A stretch of 64,000 bases of DNA from Bdellovibrionales bacterium. Lineage in GTDB: Bacteria; Bdellovibrionota; Bdellovibrionia; Bdellovibrionales; JAUICD01. Each line of letters starts with the position of its first letter. Positions within the stretch are counted from its first letter, which is position 1. This document shows positions 41,717 to 52,660 of the stretch, one piece after another. A program made the position numbers and the translations under genes. The notes beneath the pieces are model-generated. The model ran no database searches, was not told the DNA's origin, and worked only from the letters and a program-made list of their open reading frames with translations. The DNA is taken from NCBI GenBank assembly GCA_965203275.1, contig OZ241865.1:576001-640000 (forward strand), read 5' to 3'.

Positions 41717-43329
41717 ACATGAGGGGATTTTGGGTTTTGTTGTTTACGAATGTAAGCTGGCACATCTAAAACACCTGGCTCAAATGGTGAACTTAAAAGC
41801 TTCTCTGCTAATTTCTCTGCTGAATGTGCAGGTGAGTCTTCCGTTTGCATATCCATTGAAAGTTGCTGAGAGGATTTATTTTTTGAGTCAGTAGCAGTTT
41901 GCTTATAAGTTTTAATTTTTGCTAACAAGGCTTGTCTTGTTTGAATATCCTCATTCTCAGTGTTTTTTTTAATATTTTCCTTTGTACCTCCAGCCTCCGC
42001 AGTACCTCCAGCCTCCGCAGTACCTCCAGTCTCCGCAGTACCTTCAGCTCCCGCAGTATCTTCTTTAAAATTTTTATTATTTTCTTTTTTGTTGTGATCC
42101 ATATCCATATTATGTGCATTGTGATCTATATTATGTGTAGGCTTTGCAACATTTTCTACAGGCATTTCTACAGGTACATTTACAGGCACAGCTACAGGTT
42201 TAGGTGGGAGGTTAGTAAGTGTTTGATGAGTTGGTGTTTGAAAAGAGGCATCTACATCTATAGAAGGTGTAAAAGAGTGAGAGGCAAGGCTTGTATTCAC
42301 TTCTGCAAATGGGCGATGGGCGACAGATGGTTTTCTATTTCTAAAATTTCTCTGATAGATTTTAGCACTGTTGTGTTCATCAAAGCCAGTCGCAATGACT
42401 GTCACTTTTAATTCATCTGTCAGGCTTTCATCAATGACAGCACCAAAAATAATTTCTGCGTCTTCATGGGCCATATCTGTGACCAAAATAGAAGCTTCAT
42501 TGACTTCATGCAAACTCAAATTAGGAGGCCCTGTGACATTGATAATAATACCTGTAGCTCCATCAATAGAGATATTCTCTAATAAAGGTGAAGAAATAGC
42601 ATTGGTAGCAGCTTCTGTTGCTCGGTGATCTCCTGAAGCATGTCCTGCTCCCATAATGGCCATCCCTTGATTGGACATGACTGTTTTTATATCTGCAAAG
42701 TCTAAATTAATTAAACCTTTCACATTAATTAAATTAGAAATACCTTGAACAGCATTGAGTAGAACCTCATCTGCCTTTTTAAAAGTATCCAGCAGAGGAG
42801 TTTTTTCTGCTGAAATACTTAAAAGTTTTTGGTTTGGAATCACAATCAATGTGTCTACATTTTCTTTTAATTCAGATAAACCAATATCTGCGTGACGTTG
42901 CCTCCTACGTCCCTCAAAGACAAAAGGACGTGTGACAACACCAATAGTTAAGGCTCCCATATCTTTAGCAATTTTAGCAACAATAGGAGCTCCTCCAGTA
43001 CCTGTTCCACCGCCCATTCCAGCAGTGACAAATACCATATCTATACCTTTAAGAGCATTCATAATATCATTTTGTGATTCCATGGCTGCTCGCCGGCCAA
43101 TTTCAGGGTTGGCTCCTGCACCTAACCCTTTTGTGAGTTCCTGACCCAGCTGTATACGAATATCTGCTGAGTTAGAATTCAAAGCTTGCTTATCAGTGTT
43201 GGCAATAATAAATTCAACACCTTTTAAACCACTATTGATCATAGTGGACACGGCATTGCCACCACCACCGCCCACACCAATCACCTTGATATTGGCTCCT
43301 AATTCTACATTTTCGTCTAATTCTAACAT
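41713..43329 (-). CDS. ftsZ: Cell division protein FtsZ with a long C-terminal linker
   Basis: [26 protein letters not shown]-terminal LDVPAYIRK. Confidence 0.98.
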   Translation of the reverse strand: MLELDENVELGANIKVIGVGGGGGNAVSTMINSGLKGVEFIIANTDKQALNSNSADIRIQLGQELTKGLGAGANPEIGRRAAMESQNDIMNALKGIDMVFVTAGMGGGTGTGGAPIVAKIAKDMGALTIGVVTRPFVFEGRRRQRHADIGLSELKENVDTLIVIPNQKLLSISAEKTPLLDTFKKADEVLLNAVQGISNLINVKGLINLDFADIKTVMSNQGMAIMGAGHASGDHRATEAATNAISSPLLENISIDGATGIIINVTGPPNLSLHEVNEASILVTDMAHEDAEIIFGAVIDESLTDELKVTVIATGFDEHNSAKIYQRNFRNRKPSVAHRPFAEVNTSLASHSFTPSIDVDASFQTPTHQTLTNLPPKPVAVPVNVPVEMPVENVAKPTHNIDHNAHNMDMDHNKKENNKNFKEDTAGAEGTAETGGTAEAGGTAEAGGTKENIKKNTENEDIQTRQALLAKIKTYKQTATDSKNKSSQQLSMDMQTEDSPAHSAEKLAEKLLSSPFEPGVLDVPAYIRKQQNPKSPHV

Positions 43330-43512
43330 AGTAACTCCTTTTTAGTTTGTAGAATCTATTATTATCTCACTTTGCAAATCCAAAATCCAACAGGTCAAGC
43401 TCTTTGAGAAAGATGTCTTCATTGCCCACCTGCCAGATTATCTAAACTCTTTCAAAAAATCTTATACACTTTATTTCACTTAAGATGCACTAAGATGCAC
43501 TTAAGATGAACC

Positions 43513-44736
43513 CTAGTGAAATAACTTAAAAGCTGACTTTATTTTTTCAAACCACTGAGTAGATTGTGACACTCGGCCTCTTTTTTGTATTTCTTTTAAA
43601 CCATACAACAGTAAACCTATCCCCATCATAAAAGAAGGGGAACTGACTGTTTTTGTAAGTCCTCCTACATTTTGAATTTGTCCCCTACGAACAGGCATAT
43701 CAAAAAGAAACTCTCCCATTTCTACAAGACCTTCTAATTGACTTCCGCCCCCTACGAGTACGATACCAGATGCCATTTGATTTGCAAAACCTGTTTTTTG
43801 AATATTATTTTGGATAAAGTGAAATATTTCTTCCACACGGCTTTCAATGATCTCACAGAGGTATTTTCTTTTTATATCTTCAGATTTATGATTGCCTACA
43901 CTTATAACATCTAACTTTTCATCTTCCATCACAAGGTGAGGCATAGCACATCCAAATTGACATTTAAGGTTTTCTGCTGCATGAGGTGATGTCCTCAACA
44001 CAATGGCAATATCATTTGTGATAGAAGAGGCCCCTATAGGCAAAACTGCTGTATAAACCAGTTCTCCTTTTGTATAAATAATGATGTTTGTTGTTTCACT
44101 GCCAATATCTACAAGACCTACACCTAGTTTCTGCTCATCTGCACTCAATAAAAAATGAGCTGATGCTAGTGTATTTAATACTAAAGATTCTACTTTTAAA
44201 CCTGTTTTTTGACAACATTTTAAAACATTTTGCAAGGCTGTACGATTTGCTGTCACGATATGTACAGAGGATTCTAACCTCACACCTGACATGCCTATAG
44301 GGTCACTAATGCCTTCCTGATCGTCTACTTTAAAACCTTTAGATACAATATGAATTACGTTACGATCTGATGGAACAGAAACCGCTTGACTTGCATCCAT
44401 AACCCTTTGAATATCAATAGGGCGGATTTCTTTCCCTTGAATGGCAATCATACCCTTTGAATCGAAGGAATTAATATGACACCCTGAAATACCCACATAA
44501 ACTGTAGAAATACTTACTCCTGCCATGGCCTCTGCAGCTTCAACAGCTTCATGGATAGCTTTTGTGGTGGCATCAATATTGACCACTATTCCTTTACGTA
44601 AGCCACTTGTGGCTGCTCGCCCTACACCAATAATATCTATGCTGGATTCATAAACTTGACCGATCACAACACGTACTTCTACGTTACCTACATCTAGACT
44701 GGCAATAATGGATTCTTTGCGTTTGAGTTGTTTCAA
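43513..44736 (-). CDS. ftsA: Cell division protein FtsA
   Basis: LDVG, G.RKG.VVNID, P.GMSGVRLE, VDIG, GIVLVGGGSQL; upstream of ftsZ. Confidence 0.96.
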   Translation of the reverse strand: MKQLKRKESIIASLDVGNVEVRVVIGQVYESSIDIIGVGRAATSGLRKGIVVNIDATTKAIHEAVEAAEAMAGVSISTVYVGISGCHINSFDSKGMIAIQGKEIRPIDIQRVMDASQAVSVPSDRNVIHIVSKGFKVDDQEGISDPIGMSGVRLESSVHIVTANRTALQNVLKCCQKTGLKVESLVLNTLASAHFLLSADEQKLGVGLVDIGSETTNIIIYTKGELVYTAVLPIGASSITNDIAIVLRTSPHAAENLKCQFGCAMPHLVMEDEKLDVISVGNHKSEDIKRKYLCEIIESRVEEIFHFIQNNIQKTGFANQMASGIVLVGGGSQLEGLVEMGEFLFDMPVRRGQIQNVGGLTKTVSSPSFMMGIGLLLYGLKEIQKRGRVSQSTQWFEKIKSAFKLFH

Positions 44737-44758
44737 TTTTACCCCCCCCCTAAATAAG

Positions 44759-45502
44759 TTATCGGTGTTTTAAAGGCCTCACAAGCACTTTCTGATAGAA
44801 GTCAGCATCAATAACGCGTCCTGTAATATCTTGACTTCTTAAGTATTTTAATATTTTAGAAACACGTGCTATTTTAACAGGGATATGTTTTTCACCCAAC
44901 TGTATTTTCATTTGTTCCTTGAGTAAGTGAAGATAAATTTGATTTTCCTCTATTGTGATTTCATCAACTTTTTGCAAACTAAGGTCCCCTTGATCTGGTA
45001 AGTGAGATAACATATAGGTGAGTTTTTTTCTTATTTTTGTATCTTTTAAGAAACTTTGTTTAGAATACCTTATAATAGGTGCGAGGGGAGCTATCATCAG
45101 AGGGCTAGCATCTAATGTACTTCCGTCACGAGCAAGAGGGAAAACCGTTGCCCTGTGGTTGACTTCAAGAGCTATTATTTTTTTAGGTTTTAATAAAATC
45201 TTTAATTGATCAGGCCATATACGTTGTAACCGGAAGGCTTGAATCCATTTTTTTTTAGAAAGCTCTCTTTTGATTTGATAAGGATTAATACTCCAAAGAT
45301 GTCGTCCTTTCATTTGATCGAATTGTTTACGTAGGACATTGATATGATTTGTCCAATAGATTTCTTTTGTTTGAAACGAAGGAATATATGAAATATGAAT
45401 ATTTTTGAGTTTAAAAAAGTCTGATGAATAGATGAAGTAAAATCCAACCACCAAAGCAGTCACAAAACTGAAACAAAAAACTATAAAAGTGCGACGTTTC
45501 AT
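44759..45502 (-). CDS. ftsQ: Cell division protein FtsQ/DivIB
   Basis: N-terminal TM segment, POTRA-like W......RIWPDQLKI motif, synteny with ftsA-ftsZ. Confidence 0.8.
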   Translation of the reverse strand: MKRRTFIVFCFSFVTALVVGFYFIYSSDFFKLKNIHISYIPSFQTKEIYWTNHINVLRKQFDQMKGRHLWSINPYQIKRELSKKKWIQAFRLQRIWPDQLKILLKPKKIIALEVNHRATVFPLARDGSTLDASPLMIAPLAPIIRYSKQSFLKDTKIRKKLTYMLSHLPDQGDLSLQKVDEITIEENQIYLHLLKEQMKIQLGEKHIPVKIARVSKILKYLRSQDITGRVIDADFYQKVLVRPLKHR

Positions 45503-45792
45503 CTTTTTAGGATAGCAGAAACCTTTCCATAAAAAAACACAATATAGACTTGAGTATTGAAAGATTTATCTAACTATAAAAACTATGAAAACAAAACCTG
45601 AGTTTTTTGTAAAGGTTCATTTGAGCTAAAAATAAAGTTCCTGAGTTTGATAGCCTGCAAAAATAAAGTTGAGCAGTAGGTTATGAGTCGAAAGGGATTT
45701 TGTGCCACTAGGTTTTTGTTTTTGTGCCAGAATTTTAGACAATCTATGTTGTTTCACTCAAAGTGGGCTGTTTCACTAAAAATAAATAGGGC

Positions 45793-45821
45793 TTGACTTT
45801 TTAGATATATGTTGTTATAAA
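45793..45821 (+). promoter_or_regulatory. Sigma70-like promoter TTGACT-N17-TATAAA
   Basis: Consensus match with an extended -10 TG, 46 bp upstream of the ankyrin ATG. Confidence 0.5.
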
Positions 45822-45867
45822 ATCAAAAATTAATTAATTCAAAGAAGAAAAAGAAGGAGAAGTACAA

Positions 45868-46374
45868 ATGAAAAAATATATTTTTATCTTATTTATTGCT
45901 TTGCTTGTTTCTAGTGATTCTCTATGGGCTTATTCTGAAAGCCTTATGCATGCCAAACAAAGTGAGAGGGAATTACTCAATAATGACTTATTAAATCGCG
46001 TTGTTTTCGGTAGCCATAGATCGGTAAGGGAATTGCTAGAAAAAGGTGTGGACGTCAATTATCAAAGAGAAAATGACGGCTGGACGGCTTTAATTAGAGC
46101 TAGTTATTTTAGTTATTCAAACAACTTCCGTATAGATATTATAAGGTTATTGATAGAATATGGTGCGAACGTCAATCTTCAAGACAAAGATGGCTATACG
46201 GCTTTAGTGTTTGCAAGCTATAACGGCCATACTGAGGCTGTAAAGCTATTGCTAGCGAACGGAGCCAAAGTCAATCTTCAAGACGACCGTGACTATACGG
46301 CTTTATATTATGCTAATCGAGAAGGTTATATTGAAATTCAAAAACTATTAAGAGAGGCCGGAGCTACAGAATAA
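45868..46374 (+). CDS. Secreted ankyrin-repeat protein
   Basis: Signal peptide; GWTALIRAS, GYTALVFASYNGH, LL..GA.VN repeats. Confidence 0.92.
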   Translation: MKKYIFILFIALLVSSDSLWAYSESLMHAKQSERELLNNDLLNRVVFGSHRSVRELLEKGVDVNYQRENDGWTALIRASYFSYSNNFRIDIIRLLIEYGANVNLQDKDGYTALVFASYNGHTEAVKLLLANGAKVNLQDDRDYTALYYANREGYIEIQKLLREAGATE

Positions 46375-46945
46375 TACCAATTCTATATTTGTTTCAAAGT
46401 GAGAATCTTTTTTTATTTTCTTGAGTTTGACAGTTGATTTGCAAATTTGGGCATTTTCTTTTTTGAGAATGCTTTATTTATAGGTATTAAAGGTTTGTAG
46501 ATTTTAATTTGTAAATTTTGGTGGAACTTCTAGTGAAGCATATTTTTGTAAATTTTTATCAATAAAACCTTGATATAGAAAGCTATGTATTATTGAGTAA
46601 AGATAATGATGAAAATATGAAAATCCTAAAAATAAGGGGAAAGATGAAGTGTCAGATGAATCAATTAATGATTTCCCCTAAATTAAAAAGCTTACAGTAA
46701 AAAGCTTACATTGTAGTTGTAGTGGCACAAAATCTCTCTCGGCTTATAACCTACTGAAATCTCACAACTTTATTTTTGCTGGCTATCAAACTCAGGATGA
46801 GGCAACCGCTTCTTTGAGAGAGCTTTTGCTAGATAGCTAGATGGCCAAAAGGCCAGATGGTCTGAAAAATATTTATTTTTGTATTCTTTTACAGAAACTA
46901 TGAGATTAGTTTTTTCTGGATGCTGGATGCTTTTTATCTCAGGGA

Positions 46946-49702
46946 TCATTCAGAGACCATCTCGTCAATAATTTTGTGTATTTGACCGCCTGTGGAATCT
47001 TCTAAAATACAAAAACACCAGTTTTGTTCTGAGTCTTGTGAAACGACTTTACACCACTGGTGCATAAAATCCCATTTTTGAATATCTCTTTTCTTTTTAT
47101 TCCCTTTAACTTCTAAAATTAAATAATTCTCATCAAAAAGCTTTACAATAAAATCAGGGATGTATTTTCTTCTCTTTCCTTCTTCATCCATGTAATTAAT
47201 TTCAAATCCTAAGTGATCATTTTTAACAAATGCAAGTACATTGCTATTTCTGTCAAGCTCTCTAGCACAAGCATATTCCCAATGACTGTCAATCACACAT
47301 TGATTTAAGTGTGTTTTCTTGAAAAGACCTACCTTCTTTTGAGTCCACCACTCTTCCATATCAGCCGTAGAACAGAAAAGCATTTCTTCATTATAAACAG
47401 CAGAGACTTGTTCAAAAGAATCTGCTTGTATCAATGTTAAGATTTTATTGACAATTTCATTCATTTTAATCATGACAATAAGCTCCTTTTTTTCTTTTTC
47501 ACAATCAGGTTTGACTTGAAACATTGGTGAATTAACAAATTTTTTGACAAGATAAAGAATCATTTGAAGGGCATCCAGTTTAGATACTTCATTTTTCCAA
47601 TGAAAATCAGCTTGATTGTAAACTTGATGTGTGACCTTCCAGGTCAGTGTCTTCAGACGATCATTGCGATCACATTGTTCTTGTTCTTCAAGAATTTTTT
47701 GAAGATTTAAAACAGTGACAGATCCTGCTTTTTTGCCGTCAAGAACAGAAGCCATCTCTTGAACTCTTGGAATTTGAGAAACATCTATTGTAAAAGGTTC
47801 TATAGCTTCAAAATTAATAGTGAGCTTTGATCTCAGGTAGACTTTAATTTTTTCTATATGAGGCCATAAGATTTCATACTTTGATTTTTCTTTTTCAGGA
47901 TAAATGCAATATCTTGTGATATCTTCTTTTTTTCCAGTGTCGTTCCCCTCTTGAGGGAGGTAAGCAAAAGGTACACCTAAGACATGCACATACTCTGGTC
48001 TAAATAGACCTTCATCATTAATTTCATAAGAGGTGCGTCTTAAGCCTCTGCCTATAACTTGCTCGCAAAGCAATTGACTACTAAAAGCTCTTAAACCCAT
48101 GATATGGGTGACTTGTGTACAGTTCCAACCTTCAGAGAGCATAGCTACAGAAATAACGTGATGGATATGTTGTTCTTGTGTTCCTATTTTACCTATATTA
48201 TTGAGTTGTTTTCTTATTTCTTCATCCTCATCATCTTTTAATCCAGAGTAGATTTTGAACGTTTTGTTCGAACCTTTAAATTTTTCAGGAATGCCAGGGA
48301 TGGCATCAGTTTTAAAGCTATATTCAAGTCGATCAGCAGTTTCTTTTCTGTTCACTACTGAAATCATTACAGGAGGGCGGAAATCCTTTAAATTTTGTCT
48401 ATAGGCATCCTTCCATGCTTCGTATTTTTTATTCCAACTACTGCAAAGATATGTATATCCTGTTTTGACAATATCTAGTAGATGTTCTTTTTCAGAAGCC
48501 TTTCTATTGAGATCATTTTTTACTTCGTCATTTTCATAAATATGATAGAGTCTTGGCTTGAGAGTTTTATTGATGGAGGCATCATCACCTACAGCAAATT
48601 GAGGGGTTTTGACAAGTCCGGACTCAATGGCATCAGCCAGTCCAAAATCGCTGACAATCCAACCAAATAAGCCTTGTGGATTAGCTGTTGAACCCATGGG
48701 GATATAAGGTGTAGCAGAAAAATCAAAGATCTTATGAATTCCTATCGTGCGATGAATGCGATCTAAGCTTTCTATCCATTTTGTAGCTTGATCTACATCT
48801 ATACCTTCTTTTTTTAAAGTTCTTTTTTTTCTTTTCATTTCTGGTGAAGATCGCCATGCATGATGAGCTTCATCATTGATCACAAGAATATTTTTAGATG
48901 TAGCTATATCTTCAAGCACTTCTCTGATGTAAGCTTTATCACTTTGAGGTCCTCTTTTATCGACAGTTTTTCTATTTTGAATTTGATCTTCTGTTTCCCA
49001 TTGCAATTGTTGCCAATTTTTAATTAAGATTTTACCTTGCCTAAATTTTTCTTGCCAATGGTTAGGTATGATCTTGTATTCTTTATAATAGTTGTGAGGA
49101 TGACTATATTTTAAAACGTTGAGTCTTTCTTTGACAGTTAAATTAGGGGTGACAATAAATATATTTTTTGAAAATCTTGTATCTTGTGGATGATTGATTT
49201 TGTTGAGTATTTGCCAAGCAATAGTCATAGCCATCACGACTGTTTTACCTGTACCGGTGGCCATTTTACAGCATAATCGATGGAGTTTCTCATCTTGAGG
49301 TATCACAAGACCTTGCTTAAAATCTTCTCTAGCTTCTAGTAAGAAAATCAAAGTTTTAATGGCTTCTAATTGAGCAAAAAAGAAATTATATTTCCGACCA
49401 GAATCTTCTGGGTTTGTATTCCAATATTCTAATAGTTGGTGAGTGGTGGTGGTGATCCCTTGATAATTTTCTTGCTTCCATTCTGTCATTCTTTTGCGTA
49501 TGTTATTGACAAGAGGAATTTCTTTTACGATGCCATATTCGTCGTAAGATTTGTTTTGGGGGTCATTAATAATATAGTTAGCAGGCCGACGGCTCTTTTT
49601 CAAGACATGTTCTTGATGAGTTTTATCCCAATACCAATGCTTTATCGGCTCTTGAAATGGAGAGTTAATAATCAGTTTTTTGATAGGTTTGATTGTTGAC
49701 AT
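46946..49702 (-). CDS. res: Type III restriction enzyme Res subunit
   Basis: KMATGTGKT, INDEAHH, EQVIGRGLRR, C-terminal YIPDF..LEVKG nuclease motif. Confidence 0.9.
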   Translation of the reverse strand: MSTIKPIKKLIINSPFQEPIKHWYWDKTHQEHVLKKSRRPANYIINDPQNKSYDEYGIVKEIPLVNNIRKRMTEWKQENYQGITTTTHQLLEYWNTNPEDSGRKYNFFFAQLEAIKTLIFLLEAREDFKQGLVIPQDEKLHRLCCKMATGTGKTVVMAMTIAWQILNKINHPQDTRFSKNIFIVTPNLTVKERLNVLKYSHPHNYYKEYKIIPNHWQEKFRQGKILIKNWQQLQWETEDQIQNRKTVDKRGPQSDKAYIREVLEDIATSKNILVINDEAHHAWRSSPEMKRKKRTLKKEGIDVDQATKWIESLDRIHRTIGIHKIFDFSATPYIPMGSTANPQGLFGWIVSDFGLADAIESGLVKTPQFAVGDDASINKTLKPRLYHIYENDEVKNDLNRKASEKEHLLDIVKTGYTYLCSSWNKKYEAWKDAYRQNLKDFRPPVMISVVNRKETADRLEYSFKTDAIPGIPEKFKGSNKTFKIYSGLKDDEDEEIRKQLNNIGKIGTQEQHIHHVISVAMLSEGWNCTQVTHIMGLRAFSSQLLCEQVIGRGLRRTSYEINDEGLFRPEYVHVLGVPFAYLPQEGNDTGKKEDITRYCIYPEKEKSKYEILWPHIEKIKVYLRSKLTINFEAIEPFTIDVSQIPRVQEMASVLDGKKAGSVTVLNLQKILEEQEQCDRNDRLKTLTWKVTHQVYNQADFHWKNEVSKLDALQMILYLVKKFVNSPMFQVKPDCEKEKKELIVMIKMNEIVNKILTLIQADSFEQVSAVYNEEMLFCSTADMEEWWTQKKVGLFKKTHLNQCVIDSHWEYACARELDRNSNVLAFVKNDHLGFEINYMDEEGKRRKYIPDFIVKLFDENYLILEVKGNKKKRDIQKWDFMHQWCKVVSQDSEQNWCFCILEDSTGGQIHKIIDEMVSE

Positions 49703-49902
49703 GTTATGACTTATTTTGTTTAGGTTGTTTTCTATTATTTCTATCCACTAGGCAAAATATTTACAAGAGGCTCTCTTTATTTGTAAATGCTTTATATATT
49801 TTCTTCTTTGATGGATGCTCTTTTTTGATCAACTTAGAGTATATCTCTTGCCATGACAAGCTTTTTTAGTTAAAATGGCTAAAAAATAACTTAAGAATAG
49901 TT

Positions 49903-50430
49903 ATGGAACAAATAAGAAGTACACTGGAACGTCGCTTATCACTTCATACCTTTGAAAACTTAATTAAAGAAAATCCATTTGTTCCAAAAGAACGGAAACA
50001 AATTTTTCTTAAGGGGTTAAATGCAGGATTAAAAGGAGATCATTTAACCTGTATGCATTTGCTTATTCCACAAATTGAAAATTCTATTCGTATGATTTTA
50101 GAGCAACATGGAGTACTTACCACAAAATTAAAAGAACAAAGAAAAAAGCATAAGGCAGAAAAAGAACAAGACGAGGCACAGAGTCAACCTAACTTAACCC
50201 AGGAATATTTTGATCTCAATAAAATTCTCCGAGGGTCTGAAACTGAAAAAATATTTGGAGAAGATATGATATTTCATTTGCGATCTCTTCTGGTGAGTAA
50301 ATCAGGTAAAAATTACCGCAATAGGTTAGCACATGGTTTACTAAAAGATAATGATTTTTCCGCAGGATGGCCTAATTATTTGTGGGTTGTCACAATAAAA
50401 CTTTGCTTGCATTTTCTTCACTTAAAGTAA
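49903..50430 (+). CDS. DUF4209-like HEPN-domain protein (C-terminal domain only)
   Basis: HLLIPQIENSIR and NYRNRLAHGL (RxxxxH) motifs. Confidence 0.7.
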   Translation: MEQIRSTLERRLSLHTFENLIKENPFVPKERKQIFLKGLNAGLKGDHLTCMHLLIPQIENSIRMILEQHGVLTTKLKEQRKKHKAEKEQDEAQSQPNLTQEYFDLNKILRGSETEKIFGEDMIFHLRSLLVSKSGKNYRNRLAHGLLKDNDFSAGWPNYLWVVTIKLCLHFLHLK

Positions 50431-50472
50431 ACTAGCCTCTGTTTCACTCAAAATAAATCATGCCGTCTTTTG

Positions 50473-51872
50473 GAGCTTGTCCCTGATATCGGTGAAAATA
50501 GACGGCTCATAAATTAGTTTTTAATTGTTTTTTCTTTTTGTCAATAATAATTTTTTTTAAACTTTGTTCTAATTGTTCTAAATCTTTAAATCCTTTAATG
50601 CTTTTGAAATGTTTTTCTGCTTCCAATAGACTCACAGCAGACCATCTTAAAACTTGATCTGAAGAAGAACTCCAATTCTTTACCCTCCGAACTTTTTCCC
50701 TCACAACTGAAAAAACAGACTCAATAGGATTTGTCGATGATAATGACCTCCTTAAAAGTAATGAAACTCCAAGCTTGATCGTTGTCAGTGTCTCCATCTC
50801 TGCCTCTTTTAAAGATGTGAATGCTGAATGATTGACCCGCTTTAACCAGCTTAATAAAGACTCATGCTCTAACTTCGATGACAACTCATCTGGCATACCA
50901 TGTAACTTCTTCCAACGACTCTTAAACTCTATGTGACGACTTGGAGGTAAGCAACTCAGAATATTTCTCTCTTTATGCTGAATACAACGCTGAACTACTG
51001 AACGACCTGAAAATACTCTATCTATTCCCTTCCTTAATGCTTTGCTACCATCAATCACAAAAAGATAACCCTTCTCTTTATCAAGACCACGACCTATAAG
51101 TCCCTCCAGAAGATCACGGCAAACTTCCCAACTCTCTGTATTGCCTTCTTTAAGACCTAATATAACCTTCTTACCTTGATCTGTGATTCCTAAGGCCACT
51201 ATAACCAGCGTAGAACCAATACCCACTCCATCTATCATTATCGCTGGAAACCTGTACTTACTTAAATCACGATTGTTAATCGACTCAAGGGCTTGTTTAG
51301 ATGACTTATTAAAAACTCTACTCACACTACTCCTAGAAAGTTTAAGCCCTCCTGAAATATCATCTAAAAGATGATTGTAATTCCGTGATGAAACTCCACT
51401 CATGGCATGTTTTAAAACACGATCACTGAGTATGTCATAGTGTTGAAGGGCTGAATAGATCTTAAGCCTCACTTCACGACCTGACTGCTTAACACGAGGC
51501 TTCCTAACCTGCAACTTTTGACCACCTGCAAGTATGCTACCTTTATCACTACCAGCTCTATGATATGGTGTATCTCTATGACGACCATAACGCTCACCGC
51601 AAAGCTCTAATAGCTCTGCTTCAAAAAAACCATAGACCGAACAAAGAATAGATGACTTGATCTCATCCTCTACAATCTGACGAATTTCTGACAAAGTATT
51701 GGCTGAAACTTGAAATGAATGACTATTTTTGGTACACTTCATAATGGCTCCTTTCTTTTTATTTTTAAAAGTTAATTGTTAATAAAATTTGGTTGGCTGA
51801 AATATGCCAACCAGGAGCCTTCTATCTTAACATCTTCTCTAAGAAAAATTCACCGAATTATAGGACATGCTC
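50473..51872 (-). mobile_element. IS256-family insertion sequence, 1400 bp, with 8-bp target duplication GTCTTTTG
   Basis: Ends gagcttgtccctgatatcggtgaa / ttcaccgaattataggacatgctc; direct repeats at 50465-50472 and 51873-51880. Confidence 0.92.
50507..51742 (-). CDS. IS256-family (Mutator-like DDE) transposase
   Basis: GVSSR, IMIDG, VIDGSKAL, QRCIQHKERN, STNPIES. Confidence 0.93.
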   Translation of the reverse strand: MKCTKNSHSFQVSANTLSEIRQIVEDEIKSSILCSVYGFFEAELLELCGERYGRHRDTPYHRAGSDKGSILAGGQKLQVRKPRVKQSGREVRLKIYSALQHYDILSDRVLKHAMSGVSSRNYNHLLDDISGGLKLSRSSVSRVFNKSSKQALESINNRDLSKYRFPAIMIDGVGIGSTLVIVALGITDQGKKVILGLKEGNTESWEVCRDLLEGLIGRGLDKEKGYLFVIDGSKALRKGIDRVFSGRSVVQRCIQHKERNILSCLPPSRHIEFKSRWKKLHGMPDELSSKLEHESLLSWLKRVNHSAFTSLKEAEMETLTTIKLGVSLLLRRSLSSTNPIESVFSVVREKVRRVKNWSSSSDQVLRWSAVSLLEAEKHFKSIKGFKDLEQLEQSLKKIIIDKKKKQLKTNL

Positions 51873-51880
51873 GTCTTTTG

Positions 51881-52105
51881 CACTCAAAGTGAACTGGCCT
51901 CTGGCCACTTTTGGACGATGACCGCAAAGGCTTTCGTCTTTGACAAAATGGTCATCGTCTCAAAAGCCTGTTCACTTTGAGTAAGGAGGATCCCTTCATT
52001 TTTTTTACACCATGTTAAGGAAAAAGTTCTTTCTCATGCTAATTTGCCGGGGTGCCAGGTCCCGGGTTGCCAGATCCAGATCCCGGATAAATATCATGTT
52101 AGGGA
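51881..52105 (-). repeat. Family-A element plus GGGATCY-type module; its neighbour (50440-50464) lies on the other side of IS256
   Basis: actcaaagtgaac/gttcactttgagt stem, followed by ..catgttaaggaaaa. Confidence 0.88.
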
Positions 52106-52173
52106 AACAAGGTGTTCGTTTTTATGGATTTCTTTGAAAAGGTAAGGAATTTAGGTTTGAAAATTAGATTTTC

Positions 52174-52586
52174 AGTGATTTCAGCTACTTAATATTGTGA
52201 CTTTTGTATAAAAGTCACAGTATTAAGTGTTTGTAATTGTTAGACTTTTTTAGGTCGACTTTAGAAATTTCTAATTTTTCGTCTAACACAATTCTTATCG
52301 TTTATTATGACATAAAACTTTATATTTTTGTTAAAAAAAATCAAAAAAAGTTACATTTTGTATCAAAAAGAATCACTTTTTTAAATTTTTGTATCATCTT
52401 GAAACACTTTACCAATCTTAAAGATATAAGATCAGCAAAACAAACAATAATTTTTCATTTGTGTTTTATAACTTTTGCTTTGTTTGATTTTTCAAAACAG
52501 TTTTCTTGCAAAAATTTGTCTGTTTTTTGCCCTTTCAAATTGTGACTTTTATACAAAAGTTACAGTGCTAAGTCATTGAAATCACT
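52174..52586. repeat. 46-bp inverted repeats (52174-52219, 52541-52586), each containing a TGTRACTTT-N6-AAAGTCACA palindrome
   Basis: 39/46 identical by hand alignment; the inner 20 bp are perfect. Confidence 0.85.
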
Positions 52587-52660
52587 AGAGTCATTTTTTT
52601 GTACTCTCTAAAGGTATAGAGACAAAATACAAAATAAATGCACTAAGGTAGTTTCATTGG

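Larger units (their letters stand above)
45640..46796. repeat. Imperfect 71/77 bp inverted repeats (45640-45710, 46720-46796) flanking the ankyrin gene
   Basis: cctgagtttgatagcc..aaaaataaagttg..cagtaggtta..gattttgtgccacta and its reverse complement. Confidence 0.85.

Noticed and set aside
44742..44750. C9 tract as a phase-variation switch for ftsA
   Set aside because: Short, outside the coding sequence, and serves as the G-rich RBS of an essential gene.
52196..52219. Chromosomal dif site or CRP box
   Set aside because: The spacer TGTATA matches E. coli dif but the arms do not resemble XerC/XerD boxes; TGTGA-TCACA spacing is 14, not 6.
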